This document shows, one piece after another, positions 1-9,915 of a stretch of 64,000 nucleotides of DNA (its first letter is position 1; each line of letters opens with the position of its first letter). Position numbers and translations under genes: made by a program. A model generated the notes under the pieces. It was given only the letters and a program-made list of their open reading frames with translations, made no database searches and was not told the DNA's origin. The stretch is from Candidatus Dormiibacterota bacterium (GTDB taxonomy: Bacteria; Acidobacteriota; Terriglobia; Acidiferrales; UBA7541), in assembly GCA_035602385.1 (NCBI GenBank), contig DATNME010000008.1, positions 19,441-83,440 on the forward strand, read 5' to 3'.

Positions 1-384
1 ATCCGGGAAGAGCATTGGCAGCGTCAGGAGTCCGAACAGCCGAGTTGGATATTCCAGGTGCGCAGCGCTGGCCCCATCGTTCCAGGCGCGGGCCAGTTTA
101 TGAGAGGTTTCTTCATCGCCCCAATGCGCCATTGGGCCGGTGAGCGACATCGCCTGCACCGCGGTCCCCTGTGCGTCCATGTCAGCGATGCGCTTCTTCA
201 GGTCTACGATGCGGTAAGGGAGCGGTCCCTGAAACCGCACTTCGGTCTTAATGTAAAACCCTTCTTCAGCCGCGCGATATTCGACGTTGAAGCGCGGCCC
301 CTCTTGTGCGAGCACGTCGAGATAAGTTTGCGGGAAAAAATGCGCGTGAATATCGACGGTGCGGACACCGCTCACATCCTTCAT
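1..384 (-). CDS. Amidohydrolase family protein (ACMSD-like, Amidohydro_2); N-terminal part only, runs off window start
   Basis: Manual translation from ATG at 384 (RBS AGGAG upstream): MKDVSGVRTVDIHAHFFP...RIADMDAQG...LARAWNDGASAAH...RLFGLLTLP; contains the DxHxH metal motif. Not in the supplied ORF track. Confidence 0.85.
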   Translation of the reverse strand, partial: MKDVSGVRTVDIHAHFFPQTYLDVLAQEGPRFNVEYRAAEEGFYIKTEVRFQGPLPYRIVDLKKRIADMDAQGTAVQAMSLTGPMAHWGDEETSHKLARAWNDGASAAHLEYPTRLFGLLTLPMLFPD

Positions 385-517
385 ATCAATGATCTCCTAA
401 TCTTTTCGGAACGCATCCGAGCACGTCTGCGGAGCGTATTTGAAATCGAGCCGGCCATTGGCAGCCAAGCTCGAACAAACCGCTCGGAAAATTATCAATG
501 TCGGATGCGAACGTCTA

Positions 518-1594
518 CTAGTTCAATCGCTCAATTTTTAAGCGATCGGCAAGTTCATCCAGAACCTTGCGCAGCTCAGGACCTAACGGAACGCCTTGGG
601 CGACCCTCTCAGCGTACAGCAGCCCAGAGCGTTCTCCAGGTAGACGGACCTCATCGACGCCCGGCAGAGTAGGGGAAGCCTTCATCATGTCCCAGACTTC
701 ATCGACGTTCTGCTTGAAGGTCTGCACATCCGCGAAAGCCGCAATATCAAGGGCTAAGATAGCTTGCCCGGTATTGCTCGGCGTTTTGGAATCCTTCGTG
801 TAGTTCACCACATTCCGGCCAAACGCAGCGCCGTTAAGTGTTCCGGCGAGCAAACCAAACATCAGCGCAAGTCCATATCCTTTTGGACCTCCGACAGGAA
901 CGAGGAAACCTTCACTTGCACGCTTTGGATCGGTCAATGGCTTACCTTGCCGATCAATCATCCAGCCTTCGGGAATCGGTTCATTGCGTTGCGCCTTGAG
1001 TCTGATCTTGCCCAAAGCAGTGTTCGTGGTGGCCATGTCAAGCACGATCGATGGATGGCGCAAACCAGGGACAGCAATCGCAATCGGATTCGTGCTGAGC
1101 AGCACTTCCGTTCCGCCCCACGGGGGCAAAAGGTTGGCATTGCCGACGCAGAAGTACAATCCAATCATGTCCTGGTACATGGGCATCCGCGCATATAAGT
1201 GCGCGGGGCCGGCATGATTGCTGTGCTGCGTCCCTACCCAGCCGACGCCGGTCCGGCGCGCTTTCTCAATAGCGAGTTCCGAAGCCCGTTTCATCACCAA
1301 GTGCCCGAGCGCGTTATCACCGTCTATAAGCGCGGTGCCAGGCCGTTCGTTTATGATTCGAATGTTAGGCCGGGCATTGACGCCGCCTGTTTCGATCTGT
1401 GTCACGTACTGCTGCAATCGGAAAATGCCATGGGCGTCGCCGCCGCTCGCGTCGGACGCGGCCATCAGGGCAGCCACCTGGGATGCATCCTCGCTGGGAA
1501 TTCCCACGGACGTTAAAGCGCTTGAGATGAATGCTTCAAGTCTGGCGATTGAAACGGGTGGGTGGGCCAACCCGGGCTTGGTGCTGTCGCTCAT
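518..1594 (-). CDS. Ldh_2 family oxidoreductase (malate/L-lactate/ureidoglycolate dehydrogenase-like)
   Basis: Motifs DAHGIFRL, DGDNALGH, HSNHAG, LSTNPIAIAVP, LDMAT, GGPKGYGL, RLPGE; start chosen at ATG 1594 with RBS AGAGGT. Confidence 0.9.
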   Translation of the reverse strand: MSDSTKPGLAHPPVSIARLEAFISSALTSVGIPSEDASQVAALMAASDASGGDAHGIFRLQQYVTQIETGGVNARPNIRIINERPGTALIDGDNALGHLVMKRASELAIEKARRTGVGWVGTQHSNHAGPAHLYARMPMYQDMIGLYFCVGNANLLPPWGGTEVLLSTNPIAIAVPGLRHPSIVLDMATTNTALGKIRLKAQRNEPIPEGWMIDRQGKPLTDPKRASEGFLVPVGGPKGYGLALMFGLLAGTLNGAAFGRNVVNYTKDSKTPSNTGQAILALDIAAFADVQTFKQNVDEVWDMMKASPTLPGVDEVRLPGERSGLLYAERVAQGVPLGPELRKVLDELADRLKIERLN

Positions 1595-1704
1595 CGTCTC
1601 ACCTCTTTGCTCTAAAATTGTCGGTTCGCTGGGTTCAGAACTTGCTTCACAATAACAGGCCGCGTATTTCAAGCGAGACTACCAGCGGAAGTCTAATGCA
1701 CCAC

Positions 1705-2973
1705 TTATGGTAAGTAGTCAAATACCATCAGATGCGCCTCTTCGATGACCAAGTCGGAAAGCATCGAGGTTTGCCATCCTGATTTCTTGTCTCTCGCGGT
1801 CACACCTTGCGCGATGTTTAACTCTTTAAGTAAGTCGGCCAGAAGGTCCTGCGTGCCATGGCGAGCAGTAAGAATATAATGCCGCGGAACAGCCGAGTAA
1901 AAACGCTTCCACTCAGGCACCCAAAGTCCTGTTTTGGCTATTGCGCCAGTGGGAACTTTTCCCAGAAGCTGGAAGTGGTCGGGATCGATCTCTTTAAAAA
2001 CGGCGACGGTACCAGTTGTTCCTACGAAGTAAATGCGCCCCGTAGCAGCGTCGTATTGAAGGTCGTCTGCGCCTCCCACGCTGTCCAACACTTGCACCAC
2101 TTTGCCGGTGTCGGTGTCCATAGCCACTAGCTTTCCTGGCTCATGCTGGTGCCCACCACCGACATTGCCAGTGTGAGCTACGGTCCGGCTGCCCACAAAC
2201 AAGCGATGATGGGCTACGTCCAAACCCGCGGTGTGCGGCACCGGCCCACCAATGATTGGCCACTGGGCGACTACGGCACGTTTTTCGAGATCAACGACTG
2301 CGACATGGCTATCGCCTTCGACGATGTCGCCCATCGTTACGTATAATCTTTTTCCCGCCGGGTCGATCGTGATGCCTGCAGGGTCGCCACCAGGCAGCTT
2401 AATGCTGCCCACTAATTTTGCCGTCGTCGTGTCGACTATGTCGATGGAAGCATCCGTAGACCCATGTTCGCCGCTGCCGCCAAAATTTTCGAAGACTTCG
2501 ACGCCCGCATAAATTAAGTGCGTGCCCGGGTCGTAAGCGGCATTGTCCGCTCCTCTGTTTGGATCACCATACCCAGACAGTTTTACAGTCTTGGTTACTT
2601 CGTAAGTCGTCCCGCTTATGACTACAACACTGCTATCGGTCAACGTAACCCAGATCTCGTTGCTGTCAGGGAGATAGAAGGCCTTCTTGGGCATGGCTGA
2701 AAGCCCTTTGGTCTCATGAATCACCTTGCCGGCGGCCAGGTCCACGGTAATAAGGCTTTTTGCGGCCTCTCCGGAAATGAACAGGCGACGGCCTTTGACG
2801 TCCACAGTGAGATGGTCCATATAGCCATCGCCTGGCAGAGGGATGGTTTCAACCAGCCCCAGAATGCCTGCCATATGCGTCATCGGCAGTTGCTGGCCCG
2901 GCACGTTCTGGCCGGACGCTCGCGAAACAACGGCGATTAAAACCGTCACGAGAATAGCGAAAACCTTTTTCAT
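1705..2973 (-). CDS. Secreted YncE/YVTN-type beta-propeller protein
   Basis: Signal peptide; repeated blade motifs (DHLTVDVKGRRLFI, DNAAYDPGTHLIY, GITIDPAGKRLYV, ADDLQYDAATGRIY). Confidence 0.75.
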   Translation of the reverse strand: MKKVFAILVTVLIAVVSRASGQNVPGQQLPMTHMAGILGLVETIPLPGDGYMDHLTVDVKGRRLFISGEAAKSLITVDLAAGKVIHETKGLSAMPKKAFYLPDSNEIWVTLTDSSVVVISGTTYEVTKTVKLSGYGDPNRGADNAAYDPGTHLIYAGVEVFENFGGSGEHGSTDASIDIVDTTTAKLVGSIKLPGGDPAGITIDPAGKRLYVTMGDIVEGDSHVAVVDLEKRAVVAQWPIIGGPVPHTAGLDVAHHRLFVGSRTVAHTGNVGGGHQHEPGKLVAMDTDTGKVVQVLDSVGGADDLQYDAATGRIYFVGTTGTVAVFKEIDPDHFQLLGKVPTGAIAKTGLWVPEWKRFYSAVPRHYILTARHGTQDLLADLLKELNIAQGVTARDKKSGWQTSMLSDLVIEEAHLMVFDYLP

Positions 2974-3130
2974 CTCTTCTCCTAAATCTGAACTTCAAGT
3001 TTCAGCCGCAAGAGAGACAGATAGCAAATGACCGGTCGCTTGAGGCAAGAACCTGCACTCGGGTTTCGTGATTGCATTTGGTGCCCAAAAAGAAGGATTG
3101 CAGGGTCAAACTGATCCTGCCTCCATGCCT

Positions 3131-6100
3131 CTACCAAATTATTTTTAACGCAAACTGCATATCTCGTGGTTGTGTCGCCAAGTTGTCCAGAAATCCATTG
3201 TTTAGGCGTGCTCCGGATTCCTGAAAGAGGGAGGCGCCGGCGAGTGGTTCGGGAGCGACAAAATTCGAATGGTTTAAAATGTTGAATACCTCGGTCCGAA
3301 ATTGCACGTTAAACGTTTCCGAAATGCGACGGATCGGGAAATTCCTTGTCACCGAGAAATCTAAATTTACGAGTTTTGGCCCAATTATGGTATTGCGGCC
3401 CGCATTGCCCAGTAGATTCGCGCAATACACTTGTCCATCAGGCGGCTTGGTTTTGACTCCGGTAAAGTTAGCGCACTGCGAAGCGAACGGGGACGTAGCC
3501 GGCAGCGTAGGCAGCGTAAAGCAATTTATATTGATATAGGATGGCTTGGCACCGCCAATGTAATTGTGGTTGACAGGATCGCAGCCAGCAATGCGGTTCG
3601 GAATTCCGAACTGGTCTGCACCGCCGTTCCCCAAACCGGCAGGGTCTCCATTGATGATGGCAGTAGTTGGTATCCCCGAATTGATTTTAAAGATGCCACC
3701 CAATTGCCATCCTTCGATAGCCGACCTGGCAAAACCATTGAATGACTTGGGAACCGGCAGCGCCCACAACACGTTGATCGATGCGCTATGGCTAACGTTG
3801 AAGTCAGAAAGGCCACGAAGGGATTTCGGAGCGAACCAGTACAACGAGTTAAGACTATTTCCAAAGGTATCACCCGCAATCGTTGAAGAATCGTCATCGA
3901 TCGACTTGGACCATGTATAGGCGACCTGGAATTGCAATCCGTGAGCCATCCGCTTATCAATGTTTAAGTTCATACCGTCATAGAATGAGTCGCTTCCCCA
4001 ATAAAGGTAGCGAATAGGTCCTAGGAGCGGATTGATCTTCGCGGAACCAGTGGGAAATAGGTATCCTTCGGGCGTGCGGGCGGGAATTACCATATTGCCG
4101 TCATCCCCGCGAATCAGCATGTGTACTCCGTGGGAACCTACGTAACCCAGCGATACGGACATGTCCTGACTAAGCTGGCGCTGCACGTTCAGATTCCATT
4201 GCAGAACGTAGTTTCGGTGGGGATGCGATTCAACCGTCGAAGTGCTTAGCTTTCCCACCCCGGACGGGTCCTTTGGGTTCGTTAATAGATCCTGTCCACC
4301 CGCGGAAAACTTTCCCTTCAAGGTTGAAGCTTTGCTCACGCTGTCGAATATCATGAACGGTGCGGCTTGGGCCTGAAGCACCAGGAAGTAACCGGGCAGA
4401 GGTAAAACGTCGTAGATACCAAAGCCGCCGCGGACGGAAGTCTTTCCATCGTGAAACGGGTCCCACGCAAATCCGATTCGAGGCTCAAAGTTACGAAGCG
4501 TGGGATTGTGATAGTAGGGACCAACGCCGGCACAAACACTGCCTGGGACGGGGGCGAAGGCGGCCGTGAATTGCACGCCGCACTGCGGTGCCGGGTCAGT
4601 GATATTCACCAAGTCGGTTATCTTGCCTTGCGCATCGTGAAGCACCGTGGTCATTTCATACCGCAGTCCAAGGTTTAGCGTCAGATTGGGACGGAACCGC
4701 CAGTCGTCCTGCAAGTAGCCTGCGACCAGTGTCTGCCGGAGTTCGCGCGGTGTAATCGTGGAGGGTATGCCCGCTTCGAAATATTTGGCGTTATTGGTGA
4801 GAAAAGCAGCGAGGTTCGAGAAATTCCACCTACCGCCCGGCTCGACCCTTGCAATGTAATTATATTGCATGCGCTCGATATCCGTACCGAACTTCAGGGT
4901 ATGGGTTCCGTGGGTCCAAAACGCGTCGTCAGCAAACTGATAATTATTAAAGGCATGTTCGTAATTAGAAGCCGCGCCTACGCCCCCCTGATTTCTTGTA
5001 AACCCGCTGATCGCAACAAGAGGCGCGTTTTGCCCGGTCGTGCTGCCTAGCGACGTAAGTGCAGCTGCCGGGTTAATCGCTCCGAACGGTATGAGGTTCA
5101 GTGCATGACTCCGGCTAAAACCAAACCGCGCGGCATTGACGACAGTGGGACCGAATGTGTGGCTCTCGCCGAGCACAACTGTCTGCCGTCTGGTATGGGA
5201 CTTGAGTAAGACGTTATTAAAGCTGTCTGGCTGCGTGAAGTCCGTGTCGTCGAACAGGTATGTACCGAATAGTGTGTCCGTCGCCGAAAGCTTGTGATCC
5301 ACACGGAAGGTATAGAAATTTTCCGGGACGATTTGCAAACCAGAGTGAATAAATGTTCCTTGATCGACTGTGGAAGTCGTTGCATGGGGAAACATCGCCA
5401 ACTCCGCCGCTGCTGCAGGGTCTACCGTTACCGTACATGTCCCTGGCACAGTCACGGTGCAAAATTTGGGCGCCGGGCCCGCAGGATCATAGTGGAGAGT
5501 TCCCTGGCGCGCGGTGTCAGAGGGCACCGTAACTGCCGTGGTGATTCCCTTAGCCTGCCTGAATCCTTCGTAATCCCCAAAGATAAACGTCTTGTCCTTG
5601 ATGATCGGGCCTCCCGCCGCCGCACCGAACTGATTGCGCCTGAGCTGGGCGAGTGGAGTATTCGCACTCCTTGAGAAGTAATCCCTCGAGTCCAGTGCGC
5701 TGTTGCGAATGAATTCGTATACGTCACCGTGAAAAGAATTTGTACCGGACTTGGTGACGGCATTTACAACTCCGCCGGTGGCCTTGCCATACTCTGCGGA
5801 GAAACCTCCGGTCAGCACGGAGAACTCCTGGATAGCGTCGACGCCTAATGCCGCGCCAATTACGTTCCCAGGCCCGCTGTTGGCGTAATCGTTGACGCTG
5901 ACGCCGTCCAGCCTATAGTTGTTGTTTGTTGTTCTCTGGCCGGAGATCGTAAGTTGCGCTCCAAAGCCGCGGTTGCCGCGCGCAGATTGCGCATAGTCAA
6001 CTTGAGTTTCAATCAGGTTTACACCCGGGTTGAGTGTGGCTAGCGAAGTCCAGTCGCGGCCATTCAAGGGCAAATCGAGTATTGTCTGGGATTCTACTTG

Positions 6101-6523
6101 TGAGGTAAGTGTCGATGATGAGAGCTCGACCTGCTGTATAGCCCCAGTCACTTCTACAGTTTGTGACGTCTCGCCCACCTTCATTGGGATATTGAGCTGT
6201 TGCTGAGCACCCACAGCCAGCGTTAACGTCGAGATTGTAGAGTTAAAGCCCTTAGCAGTGACTTTAACTTCATAGACACCGGGCGCTAGATTCGGAGCTG
6301 TATAGTATCCAGCGGAGTCCGCTTGAAATTCTTGCTTGATACCGGTGGCGGTATTGGTGACGGAGATCTGCGCTCCCGGAATTACACCGCCCGACGAGTC
6401 TGTGACCGTACCTGATAGAGTTGCTCCGGTGACCTGTGCGTGCGTCGCGACGGTAACGGAAAGCATGAATACGGCCGCCAACAACGGTGCGAGGCTTCTA
6501 TTGACGATTTTTGTTAGATTCAC
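3131..6523 (-). CDS. TonB-dependent receptor, Oar-like with N-terminal carboxypeptidase-regulatory-like domain
   Basis: 1130 aa; signal peptide, GTVTDSSGGVIPGA, LPLNGRDW, GGVVNAVTKSGTNSFHG, C-terminal PRDMQFALKIIW. Confidence 0.92.
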   Translation of the reverse strand: MNLTKIVNRSLAPLLAAVFMLSVTVATHAQVTGATLSGTVTDSSGGVIPGAQISVTNTATGIKQEFQADSAGYYTAPNLAPGVYEVKVTAKGFNSTISTLTLAVGAQQQLNIPMKVGETSQTVEVTGAIQQVELSSSTLTSQVESQTILDLPLNGRDWTSLATLNPGVNLIETQVDYAQSARGNRGFGAQLTISGQRTTNNNYRLDGVSVNDYANSGPGNVIGAALGVDAIQEFSVLTGGFSAEYGKATGGVVNAVTKSGTNSFHGDVYEFIRNSALDSRDYFSRSANTPLAQLRRNQFGAAAGGPIIKDKTFIFGDYEGFRQAKGITTAVTVPSDTARQGTLHYDPAGPAPKFCTVTVPGTCTVTVDPAAAAELAMFPHATTSTVDQGTFIHSGLQIVPENFYTFRVDHKLSATDTLFGTYLFDDTDFTQPDSFNNVLLKSHTRRQTVVLGESHTFGPTVVNAARFGFSRSHALNLIPFGAINPAAALTSLGSTTGQNAPLVAISGFTRNQGGVGAASNYEHAFNNYQFADDAFWTHGTHTLKFGTDIERMQYNYIARVEPGGRWNFSNLAAFLTNNAKYFEAGIPSTITPRELRQTLVAGYLQDDWRFRPNLTLNLGLRYEMTTVLHDAQGKITDLVNITDPAPQCGVQFTAAFAPVPGSVCAGVGPYYHNPTLRNFEPRIGFAWDPFHDGKTSVRGGFGIYDVLPLPGYFLVLQAQAAPFMIFDSVSKASTLKGKFSAGGQDLLTNPKDPSGVGKLSTSTVESHPHRNYVLQWNLNVQRQLSQDMSVSLGYVGSHGVHMLIRGDDGNMVIPARTPEGYLFPTGSAKINPLLGPIRYLYWGSDSFYDGMNLNIDKRMAHGLQFQVAYTWSKSIDDDSSTIAGDTFGNSLNSLYWFAPKSLRGLSDFNVSHSASINVLWALPVPKSFNGFARSAIEGWQLGGIFKINSGIPTTAIINGDPAGLGNGGADQFGIPNRIAGCDPVNHNYIGGAKPSYININCFTLPTLPATSPFASQCANFTGVKTKPPDGQVYCANLLGNAGRNTIIGPKLVNLDFSVTRNFPIRRISETFNVQFRTEVFNILNHSNFVAPEPLAGASLFQESGARLNNGFLDNLATQPRDMQFALKIIW

Positions 6524-6961
6524 GGAACCTCCTGCTGCTGTTGACTGTTGACAGTTTAGAACGGCACACCTACTCTTCTAGCTGTCGGTAAGGCACTTAT
6601 TTAGATTTGCGCCATTAAATATCCTGATTCATGAGAGGTCAAGCAAAGACGATGAGGATAAACAAGAATTAATGTCATATTCAGTTTTACTGACAAAAGA
6701 AAGTAGTTCAGTCGGCGACAGGATGCAGGTTTCGCGACAGCGCTATTGTCGCGATGGGCGGCTTGGTTGTTAGGGATATGGACGAAGAGTTCGCAGAAAA
6801 AACAGGCACATTTTAGTGCGAGCTAAATATAACTCGAATTTGTGTGTCCCCAGGAAGCGAATATCCCCGCGTTCCAGATAGGTTCCAGTTAGGAGCAATT
6901 TCTGCGTTTTTCGATTTTTGAGCGTTTCGATTTTTCAATAACCTCAACACCCCTGAATATT

Positions 6962-6983
6962 CCAACTCACCCCGCCTCCACCA
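6962..6983 (+). other. Displaced tmRNA(ssrA)-like 3'-end fragment; probable att scar of an island extending leftward
   Basis: CCAACTCACCCCGCCTCCACCA resembles the ssrA 3' end (...CCCGCCGCCTCCACCA); nearby tandem GTTCCAG repeats (~6871-6889) resemble integrase arm sites. Confidence 0.55.
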
Positions 6984-7109
6984 TTTTTTGATAAATTTAA
7001 CATTAATAAAAATTGATTTTCGGCGCGAGCGATATCGCGCGTGCGTGCGCGTGCTATTATCCGGGCGACTCGCTAAACGAGTCTTGCACGCATACGTTTT
7101 GTTCGCCAA

Positions 7110-8375
7110 ATGAAAACTGAAAACCAGAAGAAGAAGCCTTTCTATACCGGCCTGTCGTTCCAGGTGATGGTCGCGATGATCCTCGCGGTCATCTTTGGCT
7201 ACTTGTTCCCGGCCAGGGCCATTGCCATGAAGCCGCTTGGAGACGGGTTCATCCGGCTGATCACCATGATCATTACGTTGATCATTTTTTGCACGGTGGT
7301 TACTGGAATCGCTGGCATGGAGGACATGAAAAAGGTTGGGCGCGTTGGCGGCAAGGCGCTGCTGTATTTCGAGGTGGTTTCGACGGTGGCCTTGCTCATT
7401 GGTTTAATCGTGGGGAATTTGGTTAAGCCCGGCGCGGGATTCAATATCGATCCGAAGACGCTTGATCCAAAAGCGGTGGCGGATTACGCGGGGCAGGCAA
7501 AAGCGCAAAGCATTACGGACTTTGTGCTGCATATCATTCCCAACACTATTGTGGACGCTTTCGCCAAGGGAGATATTCTTCAGGTTTTATTTGTTGCGAT
7601 TCTATTTGGTTTCGCATTGTCCAAAGTAGGCCCGCGCTGCAAGCCGCTTGTCGATTTATTTGACGCGTTGACCCATGCCGTGTTTGGGGTCGTTAATATT
7701 CTGATGAGGGCAGCGCCGATTGGCGCGTTTGGCGCGATGGCGTTCACCATCGGCAAATACGGGATTGCCTCGCTCGGGCCGCTTTTTAAGTTGATGGCGA
7801 CCTTTTATATAACCTCGGCGGTATTTGTGCTGGTGGTTTTGGGCGTGATTGCGAGATTGGCGGGTTTCAACATCTTCAAATTTCTGGCGTACATCAAGGA
7901 AGAGATGCTGTTGGTGCTGGCGGTAAGCTCGTCGGAGCCGGCGCTTCCGACGCTTATGCAAAAACTGGAAAAGCTGGGTTGTTCGAAAGCGCTGGTGGGC
8001 TTGGTGGTTCCGACGGGATATACCTTCAATACCGATGGAACGAGTATGTATATGACTATGGCGGCGCTGTTTGTGGCGCAAGCGGTGAACATCCCGCTAA
8101 CCTTGACGCAGCAACTGACCATTGTGACCGTGGCGATTCTGACCTCGAAGGGCGCGAGCGGAGTGCAAGGCGCGGCGTTTATTGCGCTGGTGGCGACGCT
8201 TTCGGTAGTGCCCACCGTTCCTGTGGCGGGCATGGCGTTGGTGCTGGGGATCGACCGGTTCATGAGCATGTGCCGCGCGCTCGTTAATATGGTGGGAAAC
8301 GGCGTGGCGACTATTGTTGTGGCGCGATGGGAAAATGAAGTGGACCCCGAGACTTTGCGGCGAAACCTCGCTTGA
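7110..8375 (+). CDS. dctA: C4-dicarboxylate:cation symporter (DAACS family)
   Basis: [62 protein letters not shown]. Confidence 0.92.
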   Translation: MKTENQKKKPFYTGLSFQVMVAMILAVIFGYLFPARAIAMKPLGDGFIRLITMIITLIIFCTVVTGIAGMEDMKKVGRVGGKALLYFEVVSTVALLIGLIVGNLVKPGAGFNIDPKTLDPKAVADYAGQAKAQSITDFVLHIIPNTIVDAFAKGDILQVLFVAILFGFALSKVGPRCKPLVDLFDALTHAVFGVVNILMRAAPIGAFGAMAFTIGKYGIASLGPLFKLMATFYITSAVFVLVVLGVIARLAGFNIFKFLAYIKEEMLLVLAVSSSEPALPTLMQKLEKLGCSKALVGLVVPTGYTFNTDGTSMYMTMAALFVAQAVNIPLTLTQQLTIVTVAILTSKGASGVQGAAFIALVATLSVVPTVPVAGMALVLGIDRFMSMCRALVNMVGNGVATIVVARWENEVDPETLRRNLA

Positions 8376-8513
8376 AAATTGTAAAATCTTCTAAAAATTT
8401 CGATTATGCGACACCTGGCGGGCCACACAGAGGTAAGATAGCGGCTTCGACCCAAGGCTTGTGGTCCCGTCGTACTTATATTTAGACTAGGTGGAAACGC
8501 GAAAGAGGATGCC

Positions 8514-9065
8514 ATGAAATACGCGATTATCGCTGTGCTTGTAATTTTGCTGTGCGGTGCGCTGGCGCTGAAAATCACCGCGAAACCTGGAGACAAATCA
8601 CCGGCGGTGGGAACGCCAGCGCCGGACTTCACCTTGAATTCGCAGGACGGCACTCCGGTGAACCTGCACGATTTTAAGGGTAAGTGGGTGGTGTTGTATT
8701 TTTATCCGAAGGATTTCACCAGTGGCTGCACGGTGGAAGCGCACAATTTTCAGCGCGACATCGCGCAGTACGAAGCAAAGAACGCGGTGATTCTAGGCGT
8801 GAGCATGCAGGATGAAAAGTCGCACAAGGAATTCTGCGCGAAAGAAGGACTGAACTTCAAACTGCTGGCGGATACCAACAAAGAAGTTTCTGAGAAATAT
8901 GATTCCATCAGGGATTTGGCGGTGGCTAAGTTGTCCGCTAGGCATACTTTTTTAATCGATCCGCAAGGAATTGTGCGCAAAAGCTGGCTGGATGTGGACG
9001 TGAAGAAGCACAGCGAAGAAGTGCTGGCGGCGCTGGACGAATTGCAGGGCAAAGCCGCGAAGTAG
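8514..9065 (+). CDS. bcp: Peroxiredoxin, BCP/PrxQ subfamily, with N-terminal signal/anchor
   Basis: VVLYFYPKDFTSGCTVEA peroxidatic motif; hydrophobic N-terminus. Confidence 0.88.
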   Translation: MKYAIIAVLVILLCGALALKITAKPGDKSPAVGTPAPDFTLNSQDGTPVNLHDFKGKWVVLYFYPKDFTSGCTVEAHNFQRDIAQYEAKNAVILGVSMQDEKSHKEFCAKEGLNFKLLADTNKEVSEKYDSIRDLAVAKLSARHTFLIDPQGIVRKSWLDVDVKKHSEEVLAALDELQGKAAK

Positions 9066-9135
9066 CTTCGGTCTGCATCGAACAGTACAGCGAGCCTCCC
9101 CTAATTATTTGATTCGACAAATTCCGAGGTGCGCT

Positions 9136-9894
9136 ATGAACAGTAAGGTTATATTTCTGGGCTGCATTGTGGGGTTGCTGATGGCGGGATTTGTGTTGCA
9201 GGCAGGGTCGCCTAAAACGGAAAAGGTCAGCTACAAAAGCGGAGGCGATACCGTCACCGGATATTTGGCTCTGCCGAGCGGCGAAGGAAAACACCCCGCG
9301 GTGATTGTGATTCACGAGTATTGGGGTTTGAACGATTGGGTAGAGGAGCAAGCCCGAAAATTCGCGGAGCAGGGTTACGTGGCGCTGGCGGTGGATTTGT
9401 ATCGCGGCAAAGTGACCAAGGATGCAAATGAAGCGCACGAGTTAATGCGCGGCTTGCCGGTCGATCGGGGTGTTAGAGATTTGGAGGCTGCGTTTGCGTA
9501 TCTGGCGTCGCGCGCAGATGTAAATCCGGAAAAAATTGGTTCGGTGGGCTGGTGCATGGGCGGCGGTTGGTCCATAGGTCTTGCGGAAGATCAGCCGAAG
9601 CTTGCGGCGTGCATCGTGAACTACGGAGCGTTACCCTCGGAATCCGCGACAGTGCAAAAAATTAAAGCGCCGGTATTGGGAAATTTCGGAGCGGATGATC
9701 GCGGGATTACCCCGGACTCCGTGCGGGCCTTCGAGAGCGAGATGAAAAAACAGGGCAAGAGTGTCGATATTAAGATTTACCCTGGTGCCGGACATGCATT
9801 CCAGAATCCCAATAATAAGGATGGCTACCGGCCGGAAGCCACCGAGGACGCGTGGAAGCGTATGACCGCGTTTTTCAAGCAGAAGTTACAGTAA
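9136..9894 (+). CDS. Dienelactone hydrolase family protein (secreted)
   Basis: IHEYWGLN, GWCMGG nucleophile motif, YPGAGHAF. Confidence 0.9.
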   Translation: MNSKVIFLGCIVGLLMAGFVLQAGSPKTEKVSYKSGGDTVTGYLALPSGEGKHPAVIVIHEYWGLNDWVEEQARKFAEQGYVALAVDLYRGKVTKDANEAHELMRGLPVDRGVRDLEAAFAYLASRADVNPEKIGSVGWCMGGGWSIGLAEDQPKLAACIVNYGALPSESATVQKIKAPVLGNFGADDRGITPDSVRAFESEMKKQGKSVDIKIYPGAGHAFQNPNNKDGYRPEATEDAWKRMTAFFKQKLQ

Positions 9895-9915
9895 AAGCAA
9901 ATAGTAGCGTTAATT

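Noticed and set aside
6813-7109. 98-aa minus-strand ORF (KKWWRRGELE...) as a gene or integrase remnant
   Set aside because: It is the antisense reading of the att-scar sequence; no RBS or recombinase motifs
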